NCBI GenBank assembly: GCA_013822685.1
Contig: PNKV01000013.1
Span: forward strand, 13,095 to 77,094
Length of the DNA: 64,000 nt
Direction of reading: 5' to 3'
From: Leptothrix sp. (in: b-proteobacteria)
GTDB lineage: Bacteria > Pseudomonadota > Gammaproteobacteria > Burkholderiales > Burkholderiaceae_C
In this document: positions 1-9,383 of the stretch, one piece after another
Layout: every line of letters starts with the position of its first letter
How positions within the stretch are numbered: position 1 is the first letter of the stretch
The notes under the pieces: generated by a model
Databases searched by the model: none
What the model was told of the DNA's origin: nothing
What the model saw: only the letters and a program-made list of their open reading frames with translations
Made by a program: the position numbers and the translations under genes

Positions 1-768
1 CGTGAGTTTGAGCTCCTGGGTCAAGGCCTCGATGGCGGCCTCATCCGAAGTCTCCCGCATCACCAGCAACCAGTTGTCGTCGCCGGTGGGTTCGTGCAGG
101 GCGAAGCTCAGGCGCCGACCACCTTGCTGCACCAGCCAGGATGGTGGCGGCTTGCCCGTGGCCATGTCGGCCAGGGCGCTGGGCGTGACCTGGCGCAGCC
201 ACACCACCAGCTCATCGGGGGCCACGGTCTCGGGCGTCTCGAAGTACTGCTGCAAGAGCTTGCGCGCCAAGGGCGTCTGCCACATCACGCGGCCATCAGA
301 AAGGCGCACCGTCATCGATGCGTGGCCAAAAGCGTCCAGGGCATTGCGGGCCTGGCGCGCCTGCCGGGCACTCGCCATGTGAGAGACGATGCGGGCCAGC
401 ACTTCCCGGGGCCGGATCGGCTTGGTGACGTAGTCCACGCCGCCAGCGTCGAAGGCGGCCACCACGTGCTCGGTCTCGGTCAGGCCCGTCATGAAGACGA
501 TGGGGATGTGGCTGGTTTCGGGCTGGGCTTTCAGGCGGCGCGCCACTTCGAAACCATCCATGCCGGGCATCAGGGCGTCGAGCAGGATGATGTCGGGCAC
601 GGACTGGCTGGCGCGCTGCAGAGCGGCTTCGCCATGCGTGGCGACCAGCACCGTGTAGCCGGCTTCGTCCAGCGCATCGTGCAAGAGCGAGAGGTTGTCG
701 GGCACGTCATCAACGATGAGCACGACGTCGGTGCGGCTGCGGTCGAGTCGGTCAAGCATCGGGATCAT
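1..768 (-). CDS. Response regulator (REC plus probable LuxR-type HTH), 3'-truncated by the window edge
   Basis: Manual translation from ATG 768: MIPMLDRLDRSRTDVVLIVDDVPDN...IILLDALMPGMDG...DYVTKP...EALTQELKLT. Start overlaps the kinase stop (ATGA). Absent from the ORF track because it has no stop in the window. The HTH itself lies beyond the edge and is inferred. Confidence 0.85.
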   Translation of the reverse strand, partial: MIPMLDRLDRSRTDVVLIVDDVPDNLSLLHDALDEAGYTVLVATHGEAALQRASQSVPDIILLDALMPGMDGFEVARRLKAQPETSHIPIVFMTGLTETEHVVAAFDAGGVDYVTKPIRPREVLARIVSHMASARQARQARNALDAFGHASMTVRLSDGRVMWQTPLARKLLQQYFETPETVAPDELVVWLRQVTPSALADMATGKPPPSWLVQQGGRRLSFALHEPTGDDNWLLVMRETSDEAAIEALTQELKLT

Positions 769-3700
769 GGCCGCGATTGTGCATGGAACTGCACCAACGC
801 CCGCTTGACGGCATCGGCCAAGGCGTCCAGCTGGAACTGCCTGGCCAGGTGGCGCATGTTTTGCACAAAGACTTCGCATTGCGGTTCGGCCGCCGCGATC
901 TGGTCCAGTGTTTTGTGCACACCGCGCACGTAGCCCGCGTCGATCAGCTCTTCCAGGCTTTGCAAGGCCTTGAGCGATGGCAGCACCTGCATGCCGTCGC
1001 CCGCCGCACTTTGCGCGACGGCGTCCAGCATGGGCTTGCCAATGGCGGGGCGCTGAGCCTCGATCCACTGCAAGGTCAGGCGCCGACCCAACCAATCCAG
1101 CAGTTCCGCCTTGCGCACGGGCTTGACGATGAAGTCTTCGAAGGTGATGCCCACGTCGTTGTCCATGCCCTTGTCAAAGGCGTTGGCCGACACGATCGCG
1201 ATCGGCGCGCGGCTCAGTCCTTCCTGCTTGATGGTGCGGATCGTGGCCCAGCCGTCGATGCCCGGCATGGCCAGGTCCATCAGCACCGCATGGGGCTCTT
1301 GCGCCTGCGGGCAACTGCGCAACAGGGCCAGGCACTCCAAACCTGACGCCAGCGGGGTGACATCAAAGCCCAAAGGCTCGAGGATGCGCACGAGCAGGCC
1401 ACGGTCGGCCTCTTCGTTGTCCACCACCCAGACCCGGCGGCGGTCGCCCACATAGCCGGTGCGCACGCCCAAGGGCACGCTGCGATCGGCGTGCGTGAGC
1501 CGCACCTGCGGCAGGAACAGGCGGATGCGGAACACCGTGCCCTGCCCCTCCACGCTGCTGACCTTCATCTCACCGCCCATCAGGTCGGTGAGCATTTTGC
1601 TGATGGTCAGCCCCAGGCCGGTGCCTGCGACGGCCGAGCCCGCCACCGATGAACCGCGCGCGAAGGGCTCGAAGACCCGCTCAAGTTCGTCAATCGGGAT
1701 GCCCGGCCCGGTGTCGATGACCTCGACCAAGGCAATCTCGCGCGCATAGCTGACGCGGAATTTCACCCCACCGTGCGCTGTGAACTTCACCGCGTTGCCC
1801 AACACATTGAACAGGATCTGACGCACGCGTCGCTCGTCGGCCCGCACCACCTCGGGCAAGGCCGCGTCCAGCTCCACGTCAAAGCTCAGGCCCTTGCTCA
1901 AGGCCTGAGGTTGCAGCATGTTGATGATCTGCTGCAGCGACTCGAACAGGCGCATGGGCTTGACGTCCAGCGTCAGCTTGCCGCTTTCTATGCGGGCGAT
2001 GTCCAGCGTGCCTTCAATCAAGGACAGCAAATGGTCGCCGCCACGCTTGATGACCTCCACCCCATGCCTGGCATGCTCGGGCAGGCGTTGATCCTCGTCC
2101 AGCAACTGCGCATAGCCCAGGATGCTGTTGAGCGGCGTGCGCAGCTCGTGGCTGATGGTCGAGATGTAGCGGCTCTTGGCCTGGTTAGCCTGCTCGGCAG
2201 TGCGCTTGGCCTGCTGCAGTTTTTCGTCAGTGCGCCGGTGCAGTTCCACCTCGCGCACCAGCAGGTGCGTCTGGCGGTTGGATTCTTCTTGCGCCACCTT
2301 GCGGCTCTTGTGCGCCAGCACCAGCCACCAACCCACCACCCCCGAGATCACCAACAGCACCGCAAACACCTTGAGGAAGCCGCTTTGCAGCGCATCGGTC
2401 AGGCCTGCTGTGGCCGGTTGGTCCAAAGCCCGCAACTCGTGGTTGAAGATCAGCGCGAACAGCAACGCCAGCGCGGGCACCAAGCCCCCCATCAACAGCA
2501 TGAAATGGCCAAGCTCGGTGTCCAGCCGTTGCCAGACAAAGGCCGGCAGCAGCTTCTTACCCACGGCCCGCCATTGCACCGACCAGCGTGCTTCAGGCTT
2601 GCACAAATCATGGCAGCGCGCATCCAGCGAACAGCACAGCGAGCAGATGAAGCCCTGGTAGGCCGGGCAATGCGCCATGTCCTCGCCTTCGTACTCGCGC
2701 TCGCACACCGTGCAGCGGTAGACGCCCTTGGTGCCTTGCCGGGACGGGCAGGTCTCGCAATTGGGTGCCTTGAGCTCGGCTTGGCGGGCGATGTAGTAAC
2801 GCCCCTGGGTGAACCAGGCGATCAGCGGCGAGGTGACCAGCGCCGTGACCAGTGCGATCAGTGCTGAGAAGGCCTGCGCCATCGGCCCCAGCCAGCCCAG
2901 GTAGGCCGTGACCGACAGGATGGACGCCGCGCTCATGGCACCCACGCCCACCGGGTTCACGTCATACAAATAAGCCCGCTTGAACTCGATGCCCTTGGGC
3001 GACCAACCCATGGGCTTGTTGATCACCAGGTCAGCCACCACGGCCATCATCCAGGCGATGGCAATGTTGGAGTACAGCCCCAGCACACGCCCCAGGGCCT
3101 GGAACACGTTCAACTCCATCAGCATCAAGGCGATCATGGTGTTGAACACCACCCAGACCACGCGCCCAGGGTGGCTGTGGGTGATGCGCGCGAAGAAGTT
3201 GGACCACGCCAGCGAGCCTGCGTAGGCGTTGGTGACATTGATCTTGAGCTGCGAGATGACCACGAACAGGCACGTGGCGGCCACCGCCCAGCTCAGGTTC
3301 GAGAACATGGACTCGTAGGCCAGCAGGTACATCTGATTGGGATCAACCGCGCGGTCGGCCGGCACCGACATACTCAGCGCCAGGTAGGCCAACACCGTGC
3401 CCCCCAGCATCTTGAGCACGCCGGGAATCACCCAGCCCGGCCCGCCCATGAACACGCTGAACCACCAGCGCGCCTTGTGCTGGGCTTGCCGCTCGGGCAT
3501 GAAGCGCAGGTAGTCGGCCTGCTCGCCCATTTGCGTGATCAGGGCCACGCCCACCGTCATGGCCGCGCCAAACGACATCAGGTTGAACCCCGGCGCCTGC
3601 CCTTGTGCACCGCCATAGCCCACCAGGTCGCTCAGCACATGCGGGTTCGCCTTGAACACGTAGATGTAAGGCAGCACCAGCATCACCAACCAGATCGGTT

Positions 3701-4328
3701 GCGTCCACACCTGCAATCGGCTGATGACGGTGACCCCGTGCGTGACCAGCGGCACCACCACCACCGCGCAAATCAAATAGCCCCAGGCGGGTGGGATGTC
3801 GAAGGCCAGCTCAAGGGCGTAGGCCATGATCGCGGCCTCCAGCGCGAAGAAGATGAAGGTGAAGGTGGCGTAGATCAGCGAGGTGATGGTGGAGCCGATG
3901 TAGCCAAAGCCCGCGCCGCGCGTCAGCAGGTCCATGTCCACGCCATGGCGCGCCGCGTACACACTGATCGGCCAACCGGCCAGGAGGATGATCAAACCCG
4001 TGGCCAGGATGGCCCACAAGGCGTTGATGAAGCCGTGCTCCACCATCAGGGTGGCGCCCACCGCTTCCAGCACCAAAAACGAGGCCGCGCCGAAGGCGGT
4101 GTTGGCCACCCGCCATTCGCTCCATTTGCGGAACGACCGGGGGGTGAAGCGCAGGGCGTAGTCTTCCAGGGTTTCGCTGCCAACCCAGGTGTTGTAGTCG
4201 CGCCGCACCTTGACGACGCGTTGCAAGGCCTGGTCTCCCAGCAAATCGGCCGAAGACGCCCCTCCGGCGGGCGGCAGCTCATCAATACGCCGTTCGGCGG
4301 CTGGACTCATTTGGCGTGTGTCTTGCAT
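765..4328 (-). CDS. Hybrid sensor histidine kinase with N-terminal NCS1/APC-like permease domain, Cys-rich linker, HisKA-HATPase and REC
   Basis: About 12 hydrophobic segments, then ISHELRTPLN (H box), NVLGNAVKFT, DTGPGI, GTGLGL and REC LMDLAMP...FIVKP. Start is 4328 or 4310 rather than the track's 4397. Confidence 0.9.
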   Translation of the reverse strand: MQDTRQMSPAAERRIDELPPAGGASSADLLGDQALQRVVKVRRDYNTWVGSETLEDYALRFTPRSFRKWSEWRVANTAFGAASFLVLEAVGATLMVEHGFINALWAILATGLIILLAGWPISVYAARHGVDMDLLTRGAGFGYIGSTITSLIYATFTFIFFALEAAIMAYALELAFDIPPAWGYLICAVVVVPLVTHGVTVISRLQVWTQPIWLVMLVLPYIYVFKANPHVLSDLVGYGGAQGQAPGFNLMSFGAAMTVGVALITQMGEQADYLRFMPERQAQHKARWWFSVFMGGPGWVIPGVLKMLGGTVLAYLALSMSVPADRAVDPNQMYLLAYESMFSNLSWAVAATCLFVVISQLKINVTNAYAGSLAWSNFFARITHSHPGRVVWVVFNTMIALMLMELNVFQALGRVLGLYSNIAIAWMMAVVADLVINKPMGWSPKGIEFKRAYLYDVNPVGVGAMSAASILSVTAYLGWLGPMAQAFSALIALVTALVTSPLIAWFTQGRYYIARQAELKAPNCETCPSRQGTKGVYRCTVCEREYEGEDMAHCPAYQGFICSLCCSLDARCHDLCKPEARWSVQWRAVGKKLLPAFVWQRLDTELGHFMLLMGGLVPALALLFALIFNHELRALDQPATAGLTDALQSGFLKVFAVLLVISGVVGWWLVLAHKSRKVAQEESNRQTHLLVREVELHRRTDEKLQQAKRTAEQANQAKSRYISTISHELRTPLNSILGYAQLLDEDQRLPEHARHGVEVIKRGGDHLLSLIEGTLDIARIESGKLTLDVKPMRLFESLQQIINMLQPQALSKGLSFDVELDAALPEVVRADERRVRQILFNVLGNAVKFTAHGGVKFRVSYAREIALVEVIDTGPGIPIDELERVFEPFARGSSVAGSAVAGTGLGLTISKMLTDLMGGEMKVSSVEGQGTVFRIRLFLPQVRLTHADRSVPLGVRTGYVGDRRRVWVVDNEEADRGLLVRILEPLGFDVTPLASGLECLALLRSCPQAQEPHAVLMDLAMPGIDGWATIRTIKQEGLSRAPIAIVSANAFDKGMDNDVGITFEDFIVKPVRKAELLDWLGRRLTLQWIEAQRPAIGKPMLDAVAQSAAGDGMQVLPSLKALQSLEELIDAGYVRGVHKTLDQIAAAEPQCEVFVQNMRHLARQFQLDALADAVKRALVQFHAQSRP
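4311..4327 (+). promoter_or_regulatory. Putative sigma54 promoter for ureA
   Basis: TTGGCGTGTGTCTTGCA, GG at 4313-14 and GC at 4325-26 (12-nt offset), about 55 nt before the ureA ATG. Confidence 0.65.
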
Positions 4329-4355
4329 AGTGGGTACTTCATCAACGGCCGTTGC

Positions 4356-4372
4356 CGCAATTTCGGTGCCGA
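4356..4372 (-). promoter_or_regulatory. Putative sigma54 promoter for the sensor kinase/response regulator operon
   Basis: Minus strand TCGGCACCGAAATTGCG, GG 4370-69 and GC 4358-57. Confidence 0.65.
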
Positions 4373-4381
4373 GAACAACAA

Positions 4382-4684
4382 ATGGAACTGACCCCACGAG
4401 AGAAAGACAAATTGCTGATCTTCACGGCCGCCCTGCTGGCCGAGCGGCGCAAGGCCCGGGGACTCAAGCTGAACTACCCGGAAGCCGTGGCCCTGATCAC
4501 CGCCGCCATCATGGAAGGGGCCCGCGACGGCAAAACCGTGGCCACCTTGATGAGCGAAGGCAAGACCGTGCTCAGCCGCCATGACGTCATGGACGGCGTG
4601 GCCGACATGGTGCCTGAAATCCAGGTGGAAGCGACCTTCCCGGATGGCACCAAATTGGTGACAGTGCACCAACCCATTGCTTGA
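4382..4684 (+). CDS. ureA: Urease subunit gamma
   Basis: [14 protein letters not shown]...KLNYPEAVA...[17 protein letters not shown]-type sequence. Confidence 0.98.
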   Translation: MELTPREKDKLLIFTAALLAERRKARGLKLNYPEAVALITAAIMEGARDGKTVATLMSEGKTVLSRHDVMDGVADMVPEIQVEATFPDGTKLVTVHQPIA

Positions 4685-4704
4685 GATGACTCATACATCT
4701 TGAA

Positions 4705-4723
4705 TTGCACCAATCAAGTGCAA
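4705..4723. promoter_or_regulatory. Putative NtrC-type binding site
   Basis: TTGCAC-CAATCAA-GTGCAA; TGCACCA-N3-AAGTGCA versus consensus TGCACCA-N3-TGGTGCA; lies in the AT-richer ureA-ureJ gap. Confidence 0.6.
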
Positions 4724-4759
4724 TCAAACTCATCCACGCCTCACCCTGGATTCAAGAAC

Positions 4760-5428
4760 ATGCCGAAAACCTCCTTCCGCCGCACCATCGTGGTTTGCGC
4801 TCCGTGGGCCGCCGGTCTGGCTGCGGCCACCCTGACCTCCGTGGCGCAGGCCCACGTGGGCGCCGATGGCCTGGCCCATCAGCATGGCGCCTTTGACAGC
4901 TTCACGGCGGGTGCGGCCCACCCCTTGACAGGGCTGGATCACCTGGCCGCCATGGTCAGCGTGGGCTTGTGGAGCGCCTTGAGCCTGCGCCCTCAATCAA
5001 CACCAGCCGCCAGCGCCAGGCAGCTGCTGGCCGCACCTCTGGCGTTTGCCGCCACCTTGCTGATCGGTGCCTTGATGGCGCTCAATGGCCTCACTTTGCC
5101 CGGTGTAGAACCCATGATCGCGGCCTCGCTGTTGGCCCTGGGGCTGCTGGTGGCCACGCGCACCGCATTGCCGACCGGCGTTGGCGCCGCCCTGGTGGCC
5201 GGTTTTGCCCTGTCCCACGGGTTGGCGCATGGCCAGGAGCTGGGGGGCCACGCCAGCGCCGCACTCACCGGCATGGTCCTGAGCACCATGGCCCTGCACT
5301 CCGTCGGCATCGGCTTCGGGCTGGCATTGCGCCAGCAACGCAGACGCTGGCTGCCGCGCATCGCGGGCGTCGGTGTCGCTGCCTTGGGCCTTGGCCTCTT
5401 GAGCCCCGCCATCGCTGGCGTGTTCTGA
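4760..5428 (+). CDS. ureJ: HupE/UreJ family Ni transporter/accessory protein
   Basis: Signal peptide, AH..., HPLTGLDHL and HGLAHG motifs. Confidence 0.92.
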   Translation: MPKTSFRRTIVVCAPWAAGLAAATLTSVAQAHVGADGLAHQHGAFDSFTAGAAHPLTGLDHLAAMVSVGLWSALSLRPQSTPAASARQLLAAPLAFAATLLIGALMALNGLTLPGVEPMIAASLLALGLLVATRTALPTGVGAALVAGFALSHGLAHGQELGGHASAALTGMVLSTMALHSVGIGFGLALRQQRRRWLPRIAGVGVAALGLGLLSPAIAGVF

Positions 5429-5439
5429 GGAGCGCCACC

Positions 5440-5745
5440 ATGATCCCCGGCGAACTCCTCACCGATGGCCCCGACCACCCCCTCAACCCAGGCCGCCGCA
5501 CCACCACCCTGGTCGTTGAGAACTCGGGCGACCGCCCCATCCAGGTCGGCTCGCACTACCACTTTGCCGAGACCAATGGCGCCCTGAGCTTTGACCGCCC
5601 AGCCGCGCACGGCATGCGCCTGAACATCGCCTCCGGCACCGCCGTGCGCTTCGAGCCCGGCCAGCAGCGCACCGTCGAACTGGTCGATTACGCTGGCGAT
5701 CGCATCGTCCACGGATTCCGCGGCCTGGTTCAAGGCCCGCTCTGA
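5440..5745 (+). CDS. ureB: Urease subunit beta
   Basis: MIPGE...[17 protein letters not shown]...[18 protein letters not shown] (C-terminal part of track ORF 4969..5745). Confidence 0.97.
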   Translation: MIPGELLTDGPDHPLNPGRRTTTLVVENSGDRPIQVGSHYHFAETNGALSFDRPAAHGMRLNIASGTAVRFEPGQQRTVELVDYAGDRIVHGFRGLVQGPL

Positions 5746-5772
5746 CCACCCTTTGCCAAGGAAACCACCCAG

Positions 5773-7500
5773 ATGGCCACCATCCAACGGCGTGCCTACG
5801 CTGAAATGTTCGGCCCCACCGTGGGCGACCGCCTGCGCCTGGCCGACACCAACCTCATCATCGAAGTCGAACAAGACTTGACCCTGGCAGCTGGAGGCTA
5901 CGGAGAGGAAGTCAAGTTCGGCGGCGGCAAGACCATCCGCGACGGCATGGGCCAAAGCCAGCGCATCAATGGCCCTGGCCCGATGGAGGCCGCCGACTGC
6001 GTGTTGACCAACGCCCTCATCGTGGACCACTGGGGCATCGTCAAGGCCGACATCGGCATCAAGGCCAGCCGCATCTTCAAGATCGGCAAAGCGGGTAACC
6101 CCGATGTGCAACCCGGTGTGGACATCGTCATTGGCCCTGGCACCGAGATCATCGCGGCCGAGGGCATGATCGTGACGGCCGGCGGCATCGACACCCACAT
6201 CCACTTCATCTGCCCGCAGCAGATCGAAGAGGCGCTCAACAGTGGCGTGACAAGCATGCTGGGTGGCGGCACAGGGCCGGCCACCGGCACCTTCGCCACC
6301 ACGTGCACGCCCGGGCCGGACAACATCTCGCGCATGCTGCAAGCCGCCGAGGCCTTCCCGATGAACCTGGGCTTTCTGGGCAAGGGCAACGCCAGCCGCC
6401 CCGAGGCCTTGCGCCAGCAGGTCGAGGCCGGCGTGATCGGCTTGAAACTGCACGAGGACTGGGGCACCACGCCTTCGGCCATCGACTGTTGCCTGAGTGT
6501 GGCCGAGGAAACCGACACCCAGGTCTCGATCCACAGCGACACGCTGAACGAATCGGGCTTCGTCGAGAACACCATCGCGGCCACCAAGGACCGCACCTTG
6601 TGCGCCTTCCACACCGAAGGCGCGGGCGGTGGCCACGCGCCCGACATCATGCGCGTGGTGGGCGAGGCCAACTTCCTGCCCTCGTCCACCAACCCGACCA
6701 TGCCCTACACGGTCAACACCATTGACGAGCACCTCGACATGCTCATGGTGTGCCACCACCTTGATGCATCGATCGCCGAAGACCTGGCCTTCGCCGAAAG
6801 CCGCATCCGCCGCGAAACCATCGCCGCCGAAGACATCTTGCACGACCTGGGCGCCATCAGCATGTTCAGCTCCGACTCGCAGGCCATGGGCCGCGTCGGC
6901 GAAGTCATCATGCGCACCTGGCAGACGGCCCACAAGATGAAAGCGCAACGCGGCGCCCTGCCCGGCGACTCCGAGCGCAACGACAACACGCGGGTGAAGC
7001 GCTACGTCGCCAAGTACACGATCAACCCGGCTTTGTCGCATGGCATCGCGCACGAAGTGGGCAGCATTGAGGTGGGCAAGTGGGCCGACTTGGTGGTGTG
7101 GAAGCCCGGTTTCTTCGGCATCAAACCCAGCCTGATCCTCAAGGGCGGCTTCATTGCTTCAGCGGCCATGGGTGATCCGAGTGCGTCCATCCCCACGCCA
7201 CAGCCGGTGCATTACAGGCCCATGTTCGGCGCGTTTGGTGGTGCGCTGGCGCAGGGTTCACTGACCTTCATGAGCCAGGCTTCGATCGACGCGGGCATGC
7301 CCGGTCAATATGGTTTGAAGAAACAGGCCGTGGCCGTGCGCGGCAACCGCAGCGTGAAGAAGGCCGACATGATTCACAACCACTACCTGCCGGTGATGGA
7401 AATCGACGCGCAAACCTACCAAGTGCGCGCTGATGGGCAGTTGCTGACTTGTGAGCCAGCCACCGTGTTGCCGATGGCGCAGCGTTACTTTTTATTCTGA
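5773..7500 (+). CDS. ureC: Urease subunit alpha
   Basis: [39 protein letters not shown] and [12 protein letters not shown] all intact. Confidence 0.99.
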   Translation: MATIQRRAYAEMFGPTVGDRLRLADTNLIIEVEQDLTLAAGGYGEEVKFGGGKTIRDGMGQSQRINGPGPMEAADCVLTNALIVDHWGIVKADIGIKASRIFKIGKAGNPDVQPGVDIVIGPGTEIIAAEGMIVTAGGIDTHIHFICPQQIEEALNSGVTSMLGGGTGPATGTFATTCTPGPDNISRMLQAAEAFPMNLGFLGKGNASRPEALRQQVEAGVIGLKLHEDWGTTPSAIDCCLSVAEETDTQVSIHSDTLNESGFVENTIAATKDRTLCAFHTEGAGGGHAPDIMRVVGEANFLPSSTNPTMPYTVNTIDEHLDMLMVCHHLDASIAEDLAFAESRIRRETIAAEDILHDLGAISMFSSDSQAMGRVGEVIMRTWQTAHKMKAQRGALPGDSERNDNTRVKRYVAKYTINPALSHGIAHEVGSIEVGKWADLVVWKPGFFGIKPSLILKGGFIASAAMGDPSASIPTPQPVHYRPMFGAFGGALAQGSLTFMSQASIDAGMPGQYGLKKQAVAVRGNRSVKKADMIHNHYLPVMEIDAQTYQVRADGQLLTCEPATVLPMAQRYFLF

Positions 7501-8265
7501 GCCGCTGAAGGACGAACTGCGTTTCAGCAGGTCCACCAGCTGCAAGGCATTGAAGGTCGCCGCGCCCAGCGCCGTGTTGTCGAAAACACACCAGACCGCT
7601 TCGAAGCGCTGGGCATCATCGTGCAGCCGGTGAGCCAGGGCTTGCAGGTAGGCCTCGTCGTAGTTGTCGTAATAGATCCGGGGCGAACCATGCAGGCGGT
7701 AGTAGGCCACCCGGGCAGAAGGCTGGTGGCCTGCGGCACCAGCCAAAGGCCAGGCCGCGCCAGCGCAAGGCGCCGGATCGGCCAGGACCAGATCGATGCG
7801 ATGCCGCGCCAGCAACGCTGCGCTTTGCTCACCAAACCAGCTTGCATGCCGGGGCTCGATCACCGCAGGCCCCTCGTGCCGTGCGCGGAGCATGCCGAAG
7901 AAACCCTCGGACCGGTCTGAATTGAAGGCCAGGCTGGGCGGCAATTGAACCAGGAGGCAGCCCAGCTTGGGGCCCAATTGCCCGGCTTCCAACAAGAAGG
8001 CCTCCAGCAGATCTTGGCAATCCGCCAGACGGCGCTCGTGCGTGATCGCCTTGGGCACCTTGACCGAGAACCGAAAATCTGCCGGCACGCTGGCCGCCCA
8101 CCGCGCGTACGTGGCCGGCTTGTGGGGCCGGTAAAAGCTGGAGTTGATCTCGACGCCTGAGAAACGGCTGGCATAGCGCTCAAGGTGGCTGCCCTCGGGC
8201 GCGAACAAATCCTGAGCCTCCTTGGGCAGGGCCCAGCCCGCACAGCCGATGCGGTATGGGCTCAT
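7492..8265 (-). CDS. DUF72 (YecE-like) protein
   Basis: [47 protein letters not shown] and CVFDN motifs; start MSPYRIG. Confidence 0.9.
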   Translation of the reverse strand: MSPYRIGCAGWALPKEAQDLFAPEGSHLERYASRFSGVEINSSFYRPHKPATYARWAASVPADFRFSVKVPKAITHERRLADCQDLLEAFLLEAGQLGPKLGCLLVQLPPSLAFNSDRSEGFFGMLRARHEGPAVIEPRHASWFGEQSAALLARHRIDLVLADPAPCAGAAWPLAGAAGHQPSARVAYYRLHGSPRIYYDNYDEAYLQALAHRLHDDAQRFEAVWCVFDNTALGAATFNALQLVDLLKRSSSFSGSE

Positions 8266-8266
8266 G

Positions 8267-9352
8267 TCAGCGCCCCTCGCCAGGCGGAAATACGATGAGG
8301 TGGTCCATCTCCAGACGCACGCCGATCGATTCGTCGAGCGCGTGGTCGTGGTGCGAAGGCACCAGCGACAGCACCTTGGCGCCGCTGGGCAACTCCAGGG
8401 TGTAGAGGATCTCGGCACCCCGGAAAGCCTTGTGCTTCACCAACGCCCGCACCGGGCTGGCATCGTCATGGACCACGTCATCGGGCCGCAATAACACCTC
8501 CACCTGGCTTCCAGGGGCACACGGTGCCAGGCTATCCGCGCGGCAAATCGGGCCGGGTGAGATCACATCCCCCAACTCGATGCTCAAGCATTGAGCATCA
8601 CGCACCTGGCCCGACACAAACACGCCCTGGCCGATGAAGTCGGCCACGAAACGACTGCGAGGCCGGTGGTACAGGTTGTAAGCCGTGTCGATCTGCTGGA
8701 TGCGCCCGTGGTCCATCACCACAATCTGATCGGCCATGGCAAAAGCCTCGTTCTGATCATGCGTGACGAACACCGCCGTGGTGCCCGTCGCTTTGAGCAC
8801 GCCACGCACCTCGGCGGCCAGTTGCTCGCGCAGGGCGACGTCCAGGTTGGAAAAAGGCTCGTCCAGCAACAGCAAGCGTGGCCGAGGGGCCAAGGCCCGC
8901 GCCAAGGCCACCCGCTGCTGCTGCCCGCCGGACAACTCATGCGGAAAGCGTTTGGCGGCCGAAGCCAAGCCCACCGTGTCCAGCCATTGCCGCGCCGTTT
9001 GAAGTGCTTCCGCCCCACCCCTCAAGCCAAAGGCCACATTGCGTTCCACGCTCAGGTGGGGAAACAAGGCGTAGTCCTGGAACACCATGCCGATGCGCCT
9101 GCGCTCAGGGGGCACATGCCGCCCCTGCCCACTGACCACATCGCCCTCGATGCTGATGGACCCCGCCGCCAGGCGCTCGAAGCCGCCCACGCACCGCAGC
9201 ACCGTGGTCTTGCCGCAGCCCGAGGGGCCCAGCAAACAGCAGATGTCTCCTGCAGCGACCGACAGGCTCAACTGCTCAATGGTGGGCCGGCCCTCATAGG
9301 CGTGCTGGATGCCCTGCAGTGCCAGCGATGGATGCGGTGGTGAATGATTCAT
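8267..9352 (-). CDS. fbpC: Fe3+-type ABC transporter ATP-binding protein
   Basis: GPSGCGKTT, LSGGQQQRVALARAL, LLLDEPFSNLD, VTHDQ, TOBE-like C-terminus. Confidence 0.9.
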   Translation of the reverse strand: MNHSPPHPSLALQGIQHAYEGRPTIEQLSLSVAAGDICCLLGPSGCGKTTVLRCVGGFERLAAGSISIEGDVVSGQGRHVPPERRRIGMVFQDYALFPHLSVERNVAFGLRGGAEALQTARQWLDTVGLASAAKRFPHELSGGQQQRVALARALAPRPRLLLLDEPFSNLDVALREQLAAEVRGVLKATGTTAVFVTHDQNEAFAMADQIVVMDHGRIQQIDTAYNLYHRPRSRFVADFIGQGVFVSGQVRDAQCLSIELGDVISPGPICRADSLAPCAPGSQVEVLLRPDDVVHDDASPVRALVKHKAFRGAEILYTLELPSGAKVLSLVPSHHDHALDESIGVRLEMDHLIVFPPGEGR

Positions 9353-9383
9353 ACAGGGCGGCACCTTACACTAGGCCGCATCC

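Noticed and set aside
4993-7053. Long antisense ORFs (e.g. 4993..7053, 15073..16701, 27866..29572, 43586..46483)
   Set aside because: They mirror well-supported genes on the opposite strand; such stop-poor shadow frames are expected in high-GC DNA and show no recognisable motifs
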